Shown here piece by piece: positions 17,718 through 27,953 of a stretch of DNA of 64,000 nucleotides. Source of the DNA: Eubacteriales bacterium (lineage in GTDB: Bacteria > Bacillota > Clostridia > Oscillospirales > CAG-272); assembly GCA_045649925.1 (NCBI GenBank), contig JAZRQS010000002.1:1072-65071 (forward strand), written 5' to 3'. The notes under the pieces were generated by a model. That model was not told the origin of the DNA and made no database searches. It saw only the letters and a list, made by a program, of their open reading frames with translations. The stretch's first letter is position 1; each line of letters begins with the position of its first letter. Made by a program: the position numbers and the translations under genes.

Positions 17718-19031
17718 ATGGTACAGATAACAAGCGTAGAAAAACGCTCATACGCCGCGCGTGCAGGTATAAAAGCTCACGATGTATTACTTGCAATAAA
17801 CGGAAATGAAATAAACGATGTCCTCGACTACCGTTTTTATCTTACGGAAAAAGAGGTAGAGCTTTCTCTCGTGAGAAAGGAAAAGGACTTTTCTGTCACC
17901 ATAAAGAAGGAGATGTACGACGACATAGGTCTTGAGTTTGAGACTCCGCTTATGGATAAAAAGCACTCCTGCAGAAACAAGTGTATTTTCTGCTTTATCG
18001 ACCAGCTGCCGAAGGGTATGCGCGACACCTTGTATTTCAAGGACGACGATGCCCGACTTTCATTCTTGCACGGCAACTATATAACTCTTACAAACCTTGC
18101 AGATAGCGATATAGACCGAATTATCAAAATGCGCTTTTCTCCGATAAATATTTCTATTCATACAACAAATCCCGAATTGCGCGTAAAAATGATGCACAAC
18201 AAGAGGGCAGGAGAGGTGCTTTCCTACCTGGACAGGCTGAATGAGGCAGGCATAAGGATGCACGGTCAGGTGGTGCTTTGCCGAGGCGTCAACGATGGCA
18301 ACGAGCTCGATAGAACCATGCACGAGCTGTCAAAATACTATCCTAACCTCGAGAGTATGTCGGTCGTTCCCGTCGGTCTCACCGATTACCGAGACGGACT
18401 TTATCCACTCGAGCCCTTTACACCCGAGGACTGTGCACGCATCATTTCGCAGATAGATTCATTTGCCGAGCAGCACAAAAAGAAGCACGGCTCACGCCTG
18501 TTTTTTGCCGCAGACGAGTTTTATATCGAGGCAGGTATGCCTATCCCGGACGAAGAGCATTACGAGGATTATAAGCAGATAGAAAACGGCGTAGGTATGA
18601 TACGCTCGCACAAACAGGAGTTCGACTTCGAGCTTGCAGAGATGAAGCGATATGGCGAAGCTCCCACCGAAAGCGTCAATGCTTCAGTCGTTACAGGCGT
18701 TGCCGCCTACGACTATATAAAGGGACTGTGCGACACCCTTGAAAAAGAATTTGAAAATGTAAAAATAAACGTCTATAAAATAGTAAACAATTATTTTGGA
18801 CATAGGATAACCGTCGCAGGACTTTTGACGGGAAAAGACATATACGAGCAGTTAGAGGGCAAGGAGCTTGGGGACACCCTTCTTATACCCGCAAACGCGC
18901 TCAGACACGAAAAGGATTTGTTCCTTTGCGGAATGAGTGTCACCGAGCTTGAAGAAAAGCTTGGCACCCGCATCAGAGTAGTAGAGAATGACGGATGCGA
19001 TTTCATTTCCGCAGTAATGACAAGAAAGTGA
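17718..19031 (+). CDS. DUF512 / PDZ-containing radical-SAM-like Fe-S protein
   Basis: CRNKCIFCFIDQ, KDDD.RLSFL.GNY, QIENGVG, VAGLLTG; usual position upstream of der. Confidence 0.88.
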   Translation: MVQITSVEKRSYAARAGIKAHDVLLAINGNEINDVLDYRFYLTEKEVELSLVRKEKDFSVTIKKEMYDDIGLEFETPLMDKKHSCRNKCIFCFIDQLPKGMRDTLYFKDDDARLSFLHGNYITLTNLADSDIDRIIKMRFSPINISIHTTNPELRVKMMHNKRAGEVLSYLDRLNEAGIRMHGQVVLCRGVNDGNELDRTMHELSKYYPNLESMSVVPVGLTDYRDGLYPLEPFTPEDCARIISQIDSFAEQHKKKHGSRLFFAADEFYIEAGMPIPDEEHYEDYKQIENGVGMIRSHKQEFDFELAEMKRYGEAPTESVNASVVTGVAAYDYIKGLCDTLEKEFENVKINVYKIVNNYFGHRITVAGLLTGKDIYEQLEGKELGDTLLIPANALRHEKDLFLCGMSVTELEEKLGTRIRVVENDGCDFISAVMTRK

Positions 19032-19034
19032 GGG

Positions 19035-20375
19035 ATGAAAATGGGAAAACCGATTGTAGCCATCGTAGGCAGACCAAACGTAGGAAAAAGTACCCTGTTC
19101 AATAAATTGATCGGCGAGCGTCGTTCCATCGTAGAGGACGTCCCCGGTGTAACACGAGATAGAATTTACGGAGAGGGCGAGTGGTGCGAGCGTAGATTTA
19201 TACTCATAGACACAGGTGGTATAGAGCCCAAGTCTGACGATATAATTTTGTCGCAGATGCGTACACAGGCGCAGATAGCCATTGAGTCAGCCGACGTAAT
19301 AATATTTATGTGTGATATAAGATCGGGACTTCTTGCCGATGACCGAGACATCGCTATCATGCTTAAAAAGAGTGGAAAGCCGATAGTCTTGTGCGTCAAC
19401 AAGATAGACCGAGTAGGTCAGGTGCCTCCCGAGTTTTACGAGTTCTATGAGCTCGGATTTGAAAACGAGCCTATCGCTATCTCCTCTCTGCATGGAAGCG
19501 GAAGCGGAGACCTGCTTGACACTATTATCTCCTATTTTCCCGAAGAGGAGGAGCAGAGCGATGACGAGGACGTAATAAATGTAGCGGTTATAGGAAAGCC
19601 TAACGCAGGCAAATCCTCCATAATAAACAAAATGCTGGGCGACAACAGACACATAGTGTCAAATATCCCTGGAACTACACGTGATGCCGTAGACTCCGAG
19701 CTTGTAAATTCGCACGGAAAATACAACCTCATTGATACTGCAGGCGTGCGCCGAAATAGTAAAATAGAAGACAGAATTGAAAGATTCAGTGTCCTTCGTG
19801 CGCATATGGCGGTAGAGAGGGCAGATGTTTGTCTTATTATGATAGACGCCCAAGAGGGAATTACCGAGCAGGACGAGAGAATTGCAGGTATCGCCCACGA
19901 GGCAGGAAAGGCGTCGATTATCGTCGTCAACAAGTGGGACCTTATCGAGAAGGATAACAATACAGTAAACGCCTTCAACGCTAAAATAAAGACAGCGCTC
20001 AGCTATATGACCTATGCGCCCATCATTTATGTGTCAGCGCTTACAGGTCAGAGAATAGACAATATATTCGAGATGATAAATCAGGTGTTCGCAGAGTCAA
20101 AGAAGCGTGTCACCACAGGTATGCTCAACGACCTGCTAAACGATGCTCTCACCCGTCATCAGCCCCCCTCGGACAAGGGCAAGAGATTAAAGCTCTATTA
20201 TATGACGCAGGCAAGCGTAGCACCACCCACGTTTGTAATATTCTGCAACTCTGCCGAGCTTTTCCACTTCTCTTATCAGAGATATATTGAAAACTGCATA
20301 AGAGAAACATTTGGTTATCTTGGTACTCCGGTAAGAATTGTAGTGCGTCAGCGTGGCGACGAAAACGATAAGTAA
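19035..20375 (+). CDS. der: Ribosome biogenesis GTPase Der (EngA)
   Basis: Two G domains GRPNVGKS / GKPNAGKS, DTGG/DTAG, NKID/NKWD, KH-like C-terminus. Confidence 0.97.
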   Translation: MKMGKPIVAIVGRPNVGKSTLFNKLIGERRSIVEDVPGVTRDRIYGEGEWCERRFILIDTGGIEPKSDDIILSQMRTQAQIAIESADVIIFMCDIRSGLLADDRDIAIMLKKSGKPIVLCVNKIDRVGQVPPEFYEFYELGFENEPIAISSLHGSGSGDLLDTIISYFPEEEEQSDDEDVINVAVIGKPNAGKSSIINKMLGDNRHIVSNIPGTTRDAVDSELVNSHGKYNLIDTAGVRRNSKIEDRIERFSVLRAHMAVERADVCLIMIDAQEGITEQDERIAGIAHEAGKASIIVVNKWDLIEKDNNTVNAFNAKIKTALSYMTYAPIIYVSALTGQRIDNIFEMINQVFAESKKRVTTGMLNDLLNDALTRHQPPSDKGKRLKLYYMTQASVAPPTFVIFCNSAELFHFSYQRYIENCIRETFGYLGTPVRIVVRQRGDENDK

Positions 20376-20390
20376 AATAAAGGAAAAACA

Positions 20391-21674
20391 ATGTTTATAG
20401 ATAATATTAAAGTATATCTGAAGGCAGGAAACGGAGGCCATGGCGCAATATCCTTCCGTCGCGAGAAGTATGTGCCGGCGGGCGGACCTGACGGTGGCGA
20501 CGGCGGACGAGGCGGAAACGTCATAGTACGAGTAGACCCCGGCTCAAATACCCTGCTTGCATACAGATACAAGAGAAAATTTGTCGCCGAAAACGGAGAA
20601 AACGGAAAGGGCGACAAGTGCCATGGCAGAAACGGCAAGGATACAGTAATCACCGTACCCCCCGGCACACTATTGAAGGAGCCTGACACAGGCAGAATAA
20701 TATTCGATATGTCCACCGACCGAGAGTTCGTTATATGCAAGGGCGGTCGTGGAGGCTGGGGAAACAGACATTTCGCCACCCCCACCCGACAGATACCTCG
20801 CTTTGCGAAAAACGGCACTGATGGTGAGGAAAAAGAGGTGCTGCTTGAATTGAAGATGATAGCAGATGTAGGACTTATCGGCTTCCCCAACGTAGGAAAG
20901 TCCTCTATCCTCTCTCGCATATCGTCTGCCAAGCCGAAAATAGCGGATTATCACTTTACCACCCTTTCTCCCAATCTCGGCGTTGTTTCTACAGGCGAGG
21001 GCAGAGGCTTTGTCGCAGCAGATATCCCGGGACTCATCGAGGGCGCATCTGACGGACTTGGACTTGGTCACGAGTTTTTGCGCCATGTAGACCGCTGTCG
21101 CTTGCTTTTGCATGTGGTGGATATATCCGAGATAGAGGGCAGAAGCTGTATCGAGGATATGGAAAAGATAAATTACGAGCTTGAGCGCTATAGCCCCGAG
21201 CTTGCTACACGCCCGCAGATAGTGGTTGCAAACAAGTGCGATATGCTCCCCCCAGACTATGACTATTCGGCATTTGAAAAGTACGTAGACGAAAACTACG
21301 GAGAAAAGCCCGTATATGTGTCTGCGGTGACAGGAAAGGGCCTTGACGAGCTTGTGTCACGCGTACGCGACGAGCTTGAAAAGCTCCCCGAAATAACCGT
21401 ATACGAGCCTGAGGTATTGCCCGAGGAACATATAGGCTTCAGAGCAAACACTACGGCAGATACGACAGTCCGTCGTGAAAACAACACCTACTATGTCGAG
21501 GGCGAGTGGCTTATCAACCTTATGGGACAGATAAACTTCGACGATTACGAATCCCTCAATTATTTCCAGCGCTCCTTGCAGAAAAACGGCGTTATCGACT
21601 TGCTGAAGGAAAAGGGAATACAGGACGGCGATACAGTAAACATATACGACTTCGAGTTTGACTTTGTGTATTGA
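20391..21674 (+). CDS. obgE: GTPase ObgE/CgtA
   Basis: FRREKYVPAGGPDGGDGG, GFPNVGKS, DIPGLIEGA, C-terminal DUF1967-like tail. Confidence 0.97.
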   Translation: MFIDNIKVYLKAGNGGHGAISFRREKYVPAGGPDGGDGGRGGNVIVRVDPGSNTLLAYRYKRKFVAENGENGKGDKCHGRNGKDTVITVPPGTLLKEPDTGRIIFDMSTDREFVICKGGRGGWGNRHFATPTRQIPRFAKNGTDGEEKEVLLELKMIADVGLIGFPNVGKSSILSRISSAKPKIADYHFTTLSPNLGVVSTGEGRGFVAADIPGLIEGASDGLGLGHEFLRHVDRCRLLLHVVDISEIEGRSCIEDMEKINYELERYSPELATRPQIVVANKCDMLPPDYDYSAFEKYVDENYGEKPVYVSAVTGKGLDELVSRVRDELEKLPEITVYEPEVLPEEHIGFRANTTADTTVRRENNTYYVEGEWLINLMGQINFDDYESLNYFQRSLQKNGVIDLLKEKGIQDGDTVNIYDFEFDFVY

Positions 21675-21685
21675 TTACAAAACAA

Positions 21686-21721
21686 AAAAACACCTTGTTG
21701 CATATGCAACAAGGTGTTTTT
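21686..21721. terminator. Bidirectional terminator
   Basis: Perfect palindrome AAAAACACCTTGTTGCATATGCAACAAGGTGTTTTT between convergent genes. Confidence 0.85.
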
Positions 21722-21726
21722 CTATG

Positions 21727-22341
21727 TCATACCGTGAGATTAAGCGCAAAGCCCGCGATAATTCCCACTACTGCCGAAAGGCAGATTATGATTATTGGGT
21801 GTGTCTTCTTTTTAAAGACGAGGAATGCGGCGACTGCAAATATGGCAAGTGAGATGTACAAGCTCACGTCGGTGAGGCTGAAATTCTCAAATCCAAACGG
21901 AAGGAATACAGTCTTTACCATAGAGAGCACTGCTACGCCGATAAGACCAGGCACAGCCGACTTTAGTCCATACATACAAGCCTTTACATGCTTGTTGGAC
22001 TTGAAGGCGTCAAATATTCTCGCCACTATCAGTATTATGATAAAGGAGGGAAGTATTACGCCAAGTGTGGCGAAAGCGCCACCGACAAGTCCCCAAAGAC
22101 CGCCGAACATCTCGGTCATCTGCTCCGTTCCTACATACGTCGCCATGTTAACTGCAAAGGGGCCTGGAGTACTCTCGCTTACAGCGACAAAGTCGATGAC
22201 CTGCTGAGGAGTAAGCCACCCCTTTTCAAGCACTGCCTGCTGTATGAGGGGGAGCATAGCATATCCACCGCCAAATGTGAATGCGCCTATCTTGAAAAAT
22301 GTGAAAAATAAGCTGAACAGTAAAGTGATAAGCTCGCTCAT
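21727..22341 (-). CDS. chrA: Short-chain chromate transporter, second half of pair
   Basis: FFKIGAFTFGGGYAM, SESTPGP, LPSF. Confidence 0.9.
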   Translation of the reverse strand: MSELITLLFSLFFTFFKIGAFTFGGGYAMLPLIQQAVLEKGWLTPQQVIDFVAVSESTPGPFAVNMATYVGTEQMTEMFGGLWGLVGGAFATLGVILPSFIIILIVARIFDAFKSNKHVKACMYGLKSAVPGLIGVAVLSMVKTVFLPFGFENFSLTDVSLYISLAIFAVAAFLVFKKKTHPIIIICLSAVVGIIAGFALNLTV

Positions 22342-22901
22342 TTCTTCTGCCTCCTTTCATTTATCAAGGAGTACACAAGTCCGAATATCGCACAGCCGAT
22401 TATTACGAAAATGAGGTTGATGTCGATAAAAGCCGATACGAGAAAGGCGAGTCCCATTATGGTGTATGCCGCCCACTCGCGAGGAGTTTTCTTGAACATC
22501 ATATACAGTGCCTTGAATATCAAGGCGAGCACGCCTGCGCGTATGCCGTAAAAGGCATACCTTACCGCTCTGTAGTCGTAAAACTCTCGGAGCAGGTAAG
22601 CGATTACGCTTATCAGCAAATAAGACGGCAAAACTACGCCAAACGTGGCAAAAGCCGAGCCGAGCACACCTGCCACCTTGTAGCCTACAAAGGTCGCGGA
22701 GTTTACTGCAATAGGGCCTGGGGTGGATTCTGCAATAGCGATAATGTCGTGGATATCGTCGTCAGATATCCACTTGTGGTTTTCCACAGTCTCGCGGTGT
22801 ATCAAGGGAATCATCGCATATCCACCACCAAAGGTGAATGCGCCTATCTTGAAAAACACGGCAAAAAGCTGGAAAGCCTTCTTTATGTCGAATTTTTTCA
22901 T
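22338..22901 (-). CDS. chrA: Short-chain chromate transporter, first half of pair
   Basis: FFKIGAFTFGGGYAM, AESTPGPIAVN, LPSY. Confidence 0.9.
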   Translation of the reverse strand: MKKFDIKKAFQLFAVFFKIGAFTFGGGYAMIPLIHRETVENHKWISDDDIHDIIAIAESTPGPIAVNSATFVGYKVAGVLGSAFATFGVVLPSYLLISVIAYLLREFYDYRAVRYAFYGIRAGVLALIFKALYMMFKKTPREWAAYTIMGLAFLVSAFIDINLIFVIIGCAIFGLVYSLINERRQKK

Positions 22902-22913
22902 TTTTATCCTCTG

Positions 22914-23387
22914 TTATTCTGCAATATATACCTTGCTCATTACCATAGGAATACGGGGTCTGTCGGAAAAGTCGGTGGGCACAGATGCTATCTCATCGAC
23001 TACGTCAATTCCCTCTACTACCTTGCCGAATGCGGCGTAAGAGCCGTCAAGGTGGGGGGCATCCTCGTGCATAATAAAGAACTGTGAGGAAGCAGAGTTG
23101 GGGGCCATAGAGCGAGCCATAGAGATTACTCCACGTGTGTGCTTGAGGTCGTTCTTGATGCCATTTGCGGCAAACTCGCCTACTATCTTCTCGTCAGCGC
23201 CACCCATTCCGTTTCCGAGAGGGTCGCCGCCCTGTATCATAAAGCCTGCGATAACACGGTGGAATGTAAGGCCGTTGTAAAAGCCCTCGCTTACCAGCTT
23301 TTCAAAGTTTGCTACTGTCTTGGGCGCTACTTCAGGATAGAGCTCAAGCTTTATTTCTTTTCCGTTTTCCATTTCAATTACTATCAT
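22914..23387 (-). CDS. ppiB: Cyclophilin-type peptidyl-prolyl isomerase
   Basis: APKTVANF, FHRVIAGFMIQGGDP, SMARS, SQFFI, LDG.YAAFG; start at ATG 23387 after AAGGAG. Confidence 0.93.
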   Translation of the reverse strand: MIVIEMENGKEIKLELYPEVAPKTVANFEKLVSEGFYNGLTFHRVIAGFMIQGGDPLGNGMGGADEKIVGEFAANGIKNDLKHTRGVISMARSMAPNSASSQFFIMHEDAPHLDGSYAAFGKVVEGIDVVDEIASVPTDFSDRPRIPMVMSKVYIAE

Positions 23388-23456
23388 TGTTTTTCTCCTT
23401 TGTAAATATTTATTTATATGCTTGAATAAACTAATATAAAAATCAAGTGGGGGGTA

Positions 23457-24554
23457 ATGCATTTGGAAAAACGCATTGATTTTTCACGGTATGCCGCTAT
23501 TATAATATGCATACTTGGCGCACTCGGCGCTTTATATATAGTGTTTAAGTATCTTTTGTGGAGTGTCTTGCCGTTTGCTTTTTCGTGGGGCGTAGCGTTT
23601 GCCATACGCCCATTGTCAGAATATCTGCACAGACGGACCTCACTTCCCAAAAAGGCACTAAATTTTTGCCTTGTCCTGCTTGCCCTGTTACTCGTGTTTT
23701 CCTTGCTGTTTATAATAAGCGATCGTCTCGTTACGGAAATACGAGATTTCATAGAATGGATTGAGCAAAATCCGGGCGTAGTAAGCGATACAGTAGGTAA
23801 GATAAATTCTCTGTTTGAGCGCTTTTCCTCTCGCCTCGACATATTCAAGACGTCAGGCACAGGCATAGACGTGCGCTCCTATATTTCAGAGGTCACCGAG
23901 GGCGCGACACAGCAGATGCTGTCGTCACTTCCGAGCGTGGTCGGTAAAATAGCCCTCACTCTTCCGAAGGTGCTGATATTCACGCTTATTACGGTCATCT
24001 CTGCATTCTATTTCAGTATAGACCTGAAAAAAATAAACGACAGTGTCTTGTCTCCTCTGCCACAAAAATGGAGAGAGAGGCTTGTTGAGGCGAAGGATAT
24101 ACTCCTTTCCACCACAGTAAAATATCTTCGCTCCTACCTCATAATAATGCTCATCACGTTTTCCTTGTTGCTCATCGGCTTTCTTATTCTCGGAGTAAAG
24201 TATTACTTTGTTCTGTCGGTGATTTTTGCCCTGATAGATATACTGCCACTTCTGGGCGTAGGCACGCTTCTTATTCCGTGGGGGATATTTTCCCTCGCCA
24301 CAGGGGATTTATATCTCGGTATGGGATTACTTGTCCTGTACGCGATTATCGTCGTTGTACGGCAGATAGCAGAGCCTAAAATAATAGGCGTCAGCCTCGG
24401 CATACACCCGCTTCTTACATTGTTTGCAATGTATCTCGGTTTTACTGTGCTGGGGTTTGTTGGTATGATACTCGGTCCGTTTGTCGCATTGATAGCGAGG
24501 AGCATAGCGAGCGCATTCCTTCATTATCGCTCGTCAAGCGCCACACGACAGTGA
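23457..24554 (+). CDS. ytvI: Sporulation integral membrane protein YtvI (AI-2E family)
   Basis: LPF, DILPLLGVG..LIPW, RQIAEPKIIG..LGIHPL, GFVGMILGP. Confidence 0.88.
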   Translation: MHLEKRIDFSRYAAIIICILGALGALYIVFKYLLWSVLPFAFSWGVAFAIRPLSEYLHRRTSLPKKALNFCLVLLALLLVFSLLFIISDRLVTEIRDFIEWIEQNPGVVSDTVGKINSLFERFSSRLDIFKTSGTGIDVRSYISEVTEGATQQMLSSLPSVVGKIALTLPKVLIFTLITVISAFYFSIDLKKINDSVLSPLPQKWRERLVEAKDILLSTTVKYLRSYLIIMLITFSLLLIGFLILGVKYYFVLSVIFALIDILPLLGVGTLLIPWGIFSLATGDLYLGMGLLVLYAIIVVVRQIAEPKIIGVSLGIHPLLTLFAMYLGFTVLGFVGMILGPFVALIARSIASAFLHYRSSSATRQ

Positions 24555-24578
24555 GTCTCGCACTATTGAAATTAAGCG

Positions 24579-25292
24579 TCAGATGAAAAGTATCTTTCCC
24601 ACGTCTGTAAGAGGTCCGTCGTGGAGACACACGACCTCGCACCCATGCTTTTTTGCAAAGTGAAGAATGTCCTTTCCGCTTGGATGCAGGTCAATGCTTC
24701 CGTTGAAATACACCTTGCCGTCACAGTAGCCACTCGCACCGCCTATAAAGCCGTAGTCGTGGCAGGGAAGAGCGATATGCCCGCTCTCTATCAAGAGGGC
24801 GTCTATACCACATTCGACGAGTGTGCGGTGAAGTGATATGTCAGACGTCACCACGCCGTCGCCCACTTTACAGCAGGAGCAGGAAGCATATCCCTGCTTC
24901 ACGCCCTTTAATTCGTAGCCTCTTTGTGTAAGCATTGACACAAAAATAGAAAGTCGGTCGTGCCTGCCAAACACTATCCCATCGTGTATATAGGCGTTGA
25001 AAAGAATATCATGCGGATATTCGGGATACATTCCCTCGTCAGAGAGGAAAAAAGAGAGATACGGAGCGCACTCTCGTATTTTTGCAAAGAGTGACTCGTT
25101 TTGCATAAAGTACTCACGATGTGTAAAAAGAGATGCCCCCTCGATAAGCATAATCATATCGGGGTGCGACTCCACACCCTGCGAAAGACGGGAAAAGCTC
25201 TGCACCTTGACCACAGAGAAGCCCATGCGCTCCAGACTATGAACGGACTGCTCACATATTCGGCAGTCCACTAAAGCAATAGATTTTTTCAT
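24579..25292 (-). CDS. Conserved hypothetical protein (DUF6873-like, amidinotransferase-like fold)
   Basis: HPDM, YP.DI.FNA, VKQGY..C, TSD, YGFIGGASG, L.DVG motifs common in clostridial hypotheticals. Confidence 0.7.
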   Translation of the reverse strand: MKKSIALVDCRICEQSVHSLERMGFSVVKVQSFSRLSQGVESHPDMIMLIEGASLFTHREYFMQNESLFAKIRECAPYLSFFLSDEGMYPEYPHDILFNAYIHDGIVFGRHDRLSIFVSMLTQRGYELKGVKQGYASCSCCKVGDGVVTSDISLHRTLVECGIDALLIESGHIALPCHDYGFIGGASGYCDGKVYFNGSIDLHPSGKDILHFAKKHGCEVVCLHDGPLTDVGKILFI

Positions 25293-25310
25293 AATATAAA
25301 ATATAAAACT

Positions 25311-25349
25311 AATAAAAAACCGCCAAACTCATATTGGCGGATTTTTATT
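25311..25349 (-). terminator. Terminator after rpmB
   Basis: CCGCCAA...TTGGCGG stem flanked by A/T runs. Confidence 0.7.
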
Positions 25350-25352
25350 TAA

Positions 25353-25538
25353 TTAAGCGCGCTCAACCTTACCGGAACGCAGACAACGAGAACAAACATA
25401 AACAGTCTTGTTAGAACCGCCTACAACTGCCTTTACCTTACGAATATTGGGCTTCCATGTTCTGTTAGTCTTACGGTTAGAGTGGGATACGGAGTGACCG
25501 AAAACTACACCCTTGCCGCACAAACTGCACTTTGCCAT
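25353..25538 (-). CDS. rpmB: 50S ribosomal protein L28 (Zn-ribbon form)
   Basis: [29 protein letters not shown]. Confidence 0.97.
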   Translation of the reverse strand: MAKCSLCGKGVVFGHSVSHSNRKTNRTWKPNIRKVKAVVGGSNKTVYVCSRCLRSGKVERA

Positions 25539-25803
25539 TGCTTGACACCTCCTAAGTGTTATACGTAGAATAGTATATATTTTTATTTATATCACAAATC
25601 GACACCAAACATTATATCACAATAATTTCATAAATGCAATAGTTATTTGATTTTTTCTTTTAATTTTTTATATATTTTTTTCTTGATTTTTCGTGCAGGT
25701 AGTAGTATAATATATATGTAAAAGGTTTTGATACGCAGAAAGCACGACCTTCGGTATCAAAAGTGAAATATTCAATATGATTTAATATGAAAGGGGAATT
25801 AAA

Positions 25804-25998
25804 ATGTCCAAGTTTTTTAGTGTAATAGGTTTTCTCGTTACTGTTGCCGCTCTCGTTCTCGCTGCACTCAAGATTTTTGATTGCGTAAGAGAGTACTACG
25901 GCTGCGATTGCGACTTCGACTGCGACGATTGCGACTGCGATTGCTGCGAGGAGGAGTGCGAGGCTGCCGAAGAGGTTGCCGAGGCAGACGCTGAGTAA
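25804..25998 (+). CDS. Small membrane-anchored Cys/Asp/Glu-rich protein
   Basis: AAGGGG RBS, TTGATT-17-TATAAT promoter (25683-25711) and terminator downstream; N-terminal hydrophobic helix, then CDCDFDCDDCDCDCCEEEC. Confidence 0.75.
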   Translation: MSKFFSVIGFLVTVAALVLAALKIFDCVREYYGCDCDFDCDDCDCDCCEEECEAAEEVAEADAE

Positions 25999-26008
25999 TA
26001 GACGGAAT

Positions 26009-26040
26009 AATAAAAAAGAGCCGAAAGGCTCTTTTTTATT
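26009..26040. terminator. Bidirectional terminator
   Basis: AATAAAAAAGAGCC-GAAA-GGCTCTTTTTTATT. Confidence 0.9.
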
Positions 26041-26272
26041 ACTTAATTTCCACAGTAACGTGCTTGCCGCAGTTATTAGCCGCCGCCTTCATTACGGAGC
26101 GTATCGCCTTTGCTATCTTTCCGTGTCTGCCGATTACCATGCCGGTATCGTCCTCAGCTACGGAAAGTACGAGATTGACGTTGTTGCCGTCTATCTCTTC
26201 AGTTACAGTCACCTCATCGGGAGAGTCAACTATAGCGCGTGCAATGTCCGCAAGTACAGTTTTCAAATCCAT
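26039..26272 (-). CDS. khpA: KH-domain RNA-binding protein KhpA (YlqC)
   Basis: D.G.VIGRHGKIAKAIR; follows rpsP. Confidence 0.93.
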   Translation of the reverse strand: MDLKTVLADIARAIVDSPDEVTVTEEIDGNNVNLVLSVAEDDTGMVIGRHGKIAKAIRSVMKAAANNCGKHVTVEIK

Positions 26273-26302
26273 TATCAAATCTCCTTGTTATATTGTCGGA
26301 GA

Positions 26303-26548
26303 TTACTTAATAATGTCACTCTTCTTGAGAAGCGCCTTAACAGTGTCTGTAGGCTGTGCACCCTTAGCGATCCATGCAGTAGCCTTTTCAGCGTCGATCT
26401 TGATCTCAGCAGGCTCGGTGAGGGGGTTGAAGTAACCGATCTCCTCGATGAATCTACCATCTCTGGGGTATCTGCCGTCTGCTACAACTACACGGTAGAA
26501 GGGAGCCTTCTTAGCGCCCATTCTTCTAAGTCTGATTTTAACTGCCAT
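26303..26548 (-). CDS. rpsP: 30S ribosomal protein S16
   Basis: [32 protein letters not shown]. Confidence 0.98.
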   Translation of the reverse strand: MAVKIRLRRMGAKKAPFYRVVVADGRYPRDGRFIEEIGYFNPLTEPAEIKIDAEKATAWIAKGAQPTDTVKALLKKSDIIK

Positions 26549-26603
26549 TTTTGTTTCCTCCAATAAAATTGTATATATTTTTATTTTTTATAAAAATCCG
26601 AAA

Positions 26604-27938
26604 TTAGAACGGAATTTTCATCCTGCCAAACATGCCCTTCATCTTTGAGGGAGAAGAGAACTGCTTCATCATTTTCTTCATCTGATCAAACTGCTTTATC
26701 AGACGGTTTACCTCCTCGACGGAGCACCCACTACCCATCGCTATTCTCTTGCGGCGAGAGCCGTTGAGTATAGAGGGATTGTGTCGCTCTGCAGGTGTCA
26801 TGGAAAGCACTATCGCCTCTGTCCTTGCCATCTGCTTTTCGTCTACGCTGAGGTCCTTGAGTGAGCCGGCCTTTACTCCGGGGAGCATGCCGAGTATCTG
26901 CTCGAGATTTCCCATCTTCTTCAATTGCCTGAGCTGATCGAGGAAGTCGTCAAGTGTAAAGGTCGCCTCGCGCATCTTCTTTTCGAGTTCCTCGGCTTTC
27001 TTTTGGTCAAACGCCTCTTCCGCCTTTTCAATAAGCGAGAGCACATCTCCCATACCGAGAATACGAGATGCCATTCTGTCGGGGTGGAAAACCTCGATAG
27101 TATCGAGCTTTTCTCCTGTGCCGACAAACTTTATAGGCTTGCCTGTTATAAACTTTACGGAAAGTGCTGCACCACCTCTGGTGTCGCCGTCCATCTTTGT
27201 AAGCACAACGCCTGTGATGTCGAGCAGCTCGTTGAAGGACTCTGCTACGTTTACGGCGTCCTGACCTGTCATTGCATCTACTACGAGCAAAACTTCTGTC
27301 GGGCTTGTAGCAGATTTGATGTTTTTCAGCTCGTCCATCAGCTCTTCATCAATGTGAAGGCGTCCTGCTGTATCTATGAAAACGAGGTCATATCCGTTTT
27401 TGCGAGCGTGCTCTACGCCTGCCTTCGCTATCTCAACGGGCGAAATGCTTGAGCCCATTGAAAAGACTGGAATAGAGAGCTGCTCACCCACGATTTCAAG
27501 CTGCTTTATAGCCGCAGGTCTGTATACGTCGCAGGCGACAAGCAGGGGATTTTTGCCCTTCTTCTTGTAGAGAGCGGCTATCTTACCACTGTGTGTCGTC
27601 TTACCTGCACCCTGCAGACCGACCATCATTACGACCGTCGGAGGCTTTGAGGAAATCTCTATCTTTCCTTCCTCGCCACCCATGAGCTTGACAAGCTCCT
27701 CGTTTACTATCTTGATTATCTGTTGCGCAGGAAGAAGGCTTTCAAGCACCTCTGCTCCTATTGCGCGCTCTGTTACCGATTTTACAAACTCGCGTACGAC
27801 CTTGAAGTTAACGTCAGCCTCAAGTAATGCCAGCTTGACCTCGCGCATTCCCTCACGGACATCGCTCTCTGTGAGCTTGCCCTTGTTCTTGAACTTCTTG
27901 AATGCGTTCGCAAGTTTATCTGTAAGGCTCTGGAACAA
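26604..27938 (-). CDS. ffh: Signal recognition particle protein Ffh
   Basis: ALLEADV, GLQGAGKTT, DTAGR, DGDTRGGAALS, Met-rich M domain. Confidence 0.98.
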   Translation of the reverse strand: MFQSLTDKLANAFKKFKNKGKLTESDVREGMREVKLALLEADVNFKVVREFVKSVTERAIGAEVLESLLPAQQIIKIVNEELVKLMGGEEGKIEISSKPPTVVMMVGLQGAGKTTHSGKIAALYKKKGKNPLLVACDVYRPAAIKQLEIVGEQLSIPVFSMGSSISPVEIAKAGVEHARKNGYDLVFIDTAGRLHIDEELMDELKNIKSATSPTEVLLVVDAMTGQDAVNVAESFNELLDITGVVLTKMDGDTRGGAALSVKFITGKPIKFVGTGEKLDTIEVFHPDRMASRILGMGDVLSLIEKAEEAFDQKKAEELEKKMREATFTLDDFLDQLRQLKKMGNLEQILGMLPGVKAGSLKDLSVDEKQMARTEAIVLSMTPAERHNPSILNGSRRKRIAMGSGCSVEEVNRLIKQFDQMKKMMKQFSSPSKMKGMFGRMKIPF

Positions 27939-27953
27939 TCCGAGATCCTCCTT

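Noticed and set aside
21727-22901. Split chromate transporter as a pseudogene
   Set aside because: Paired short-chain CHR genes are an established functional arrangement.
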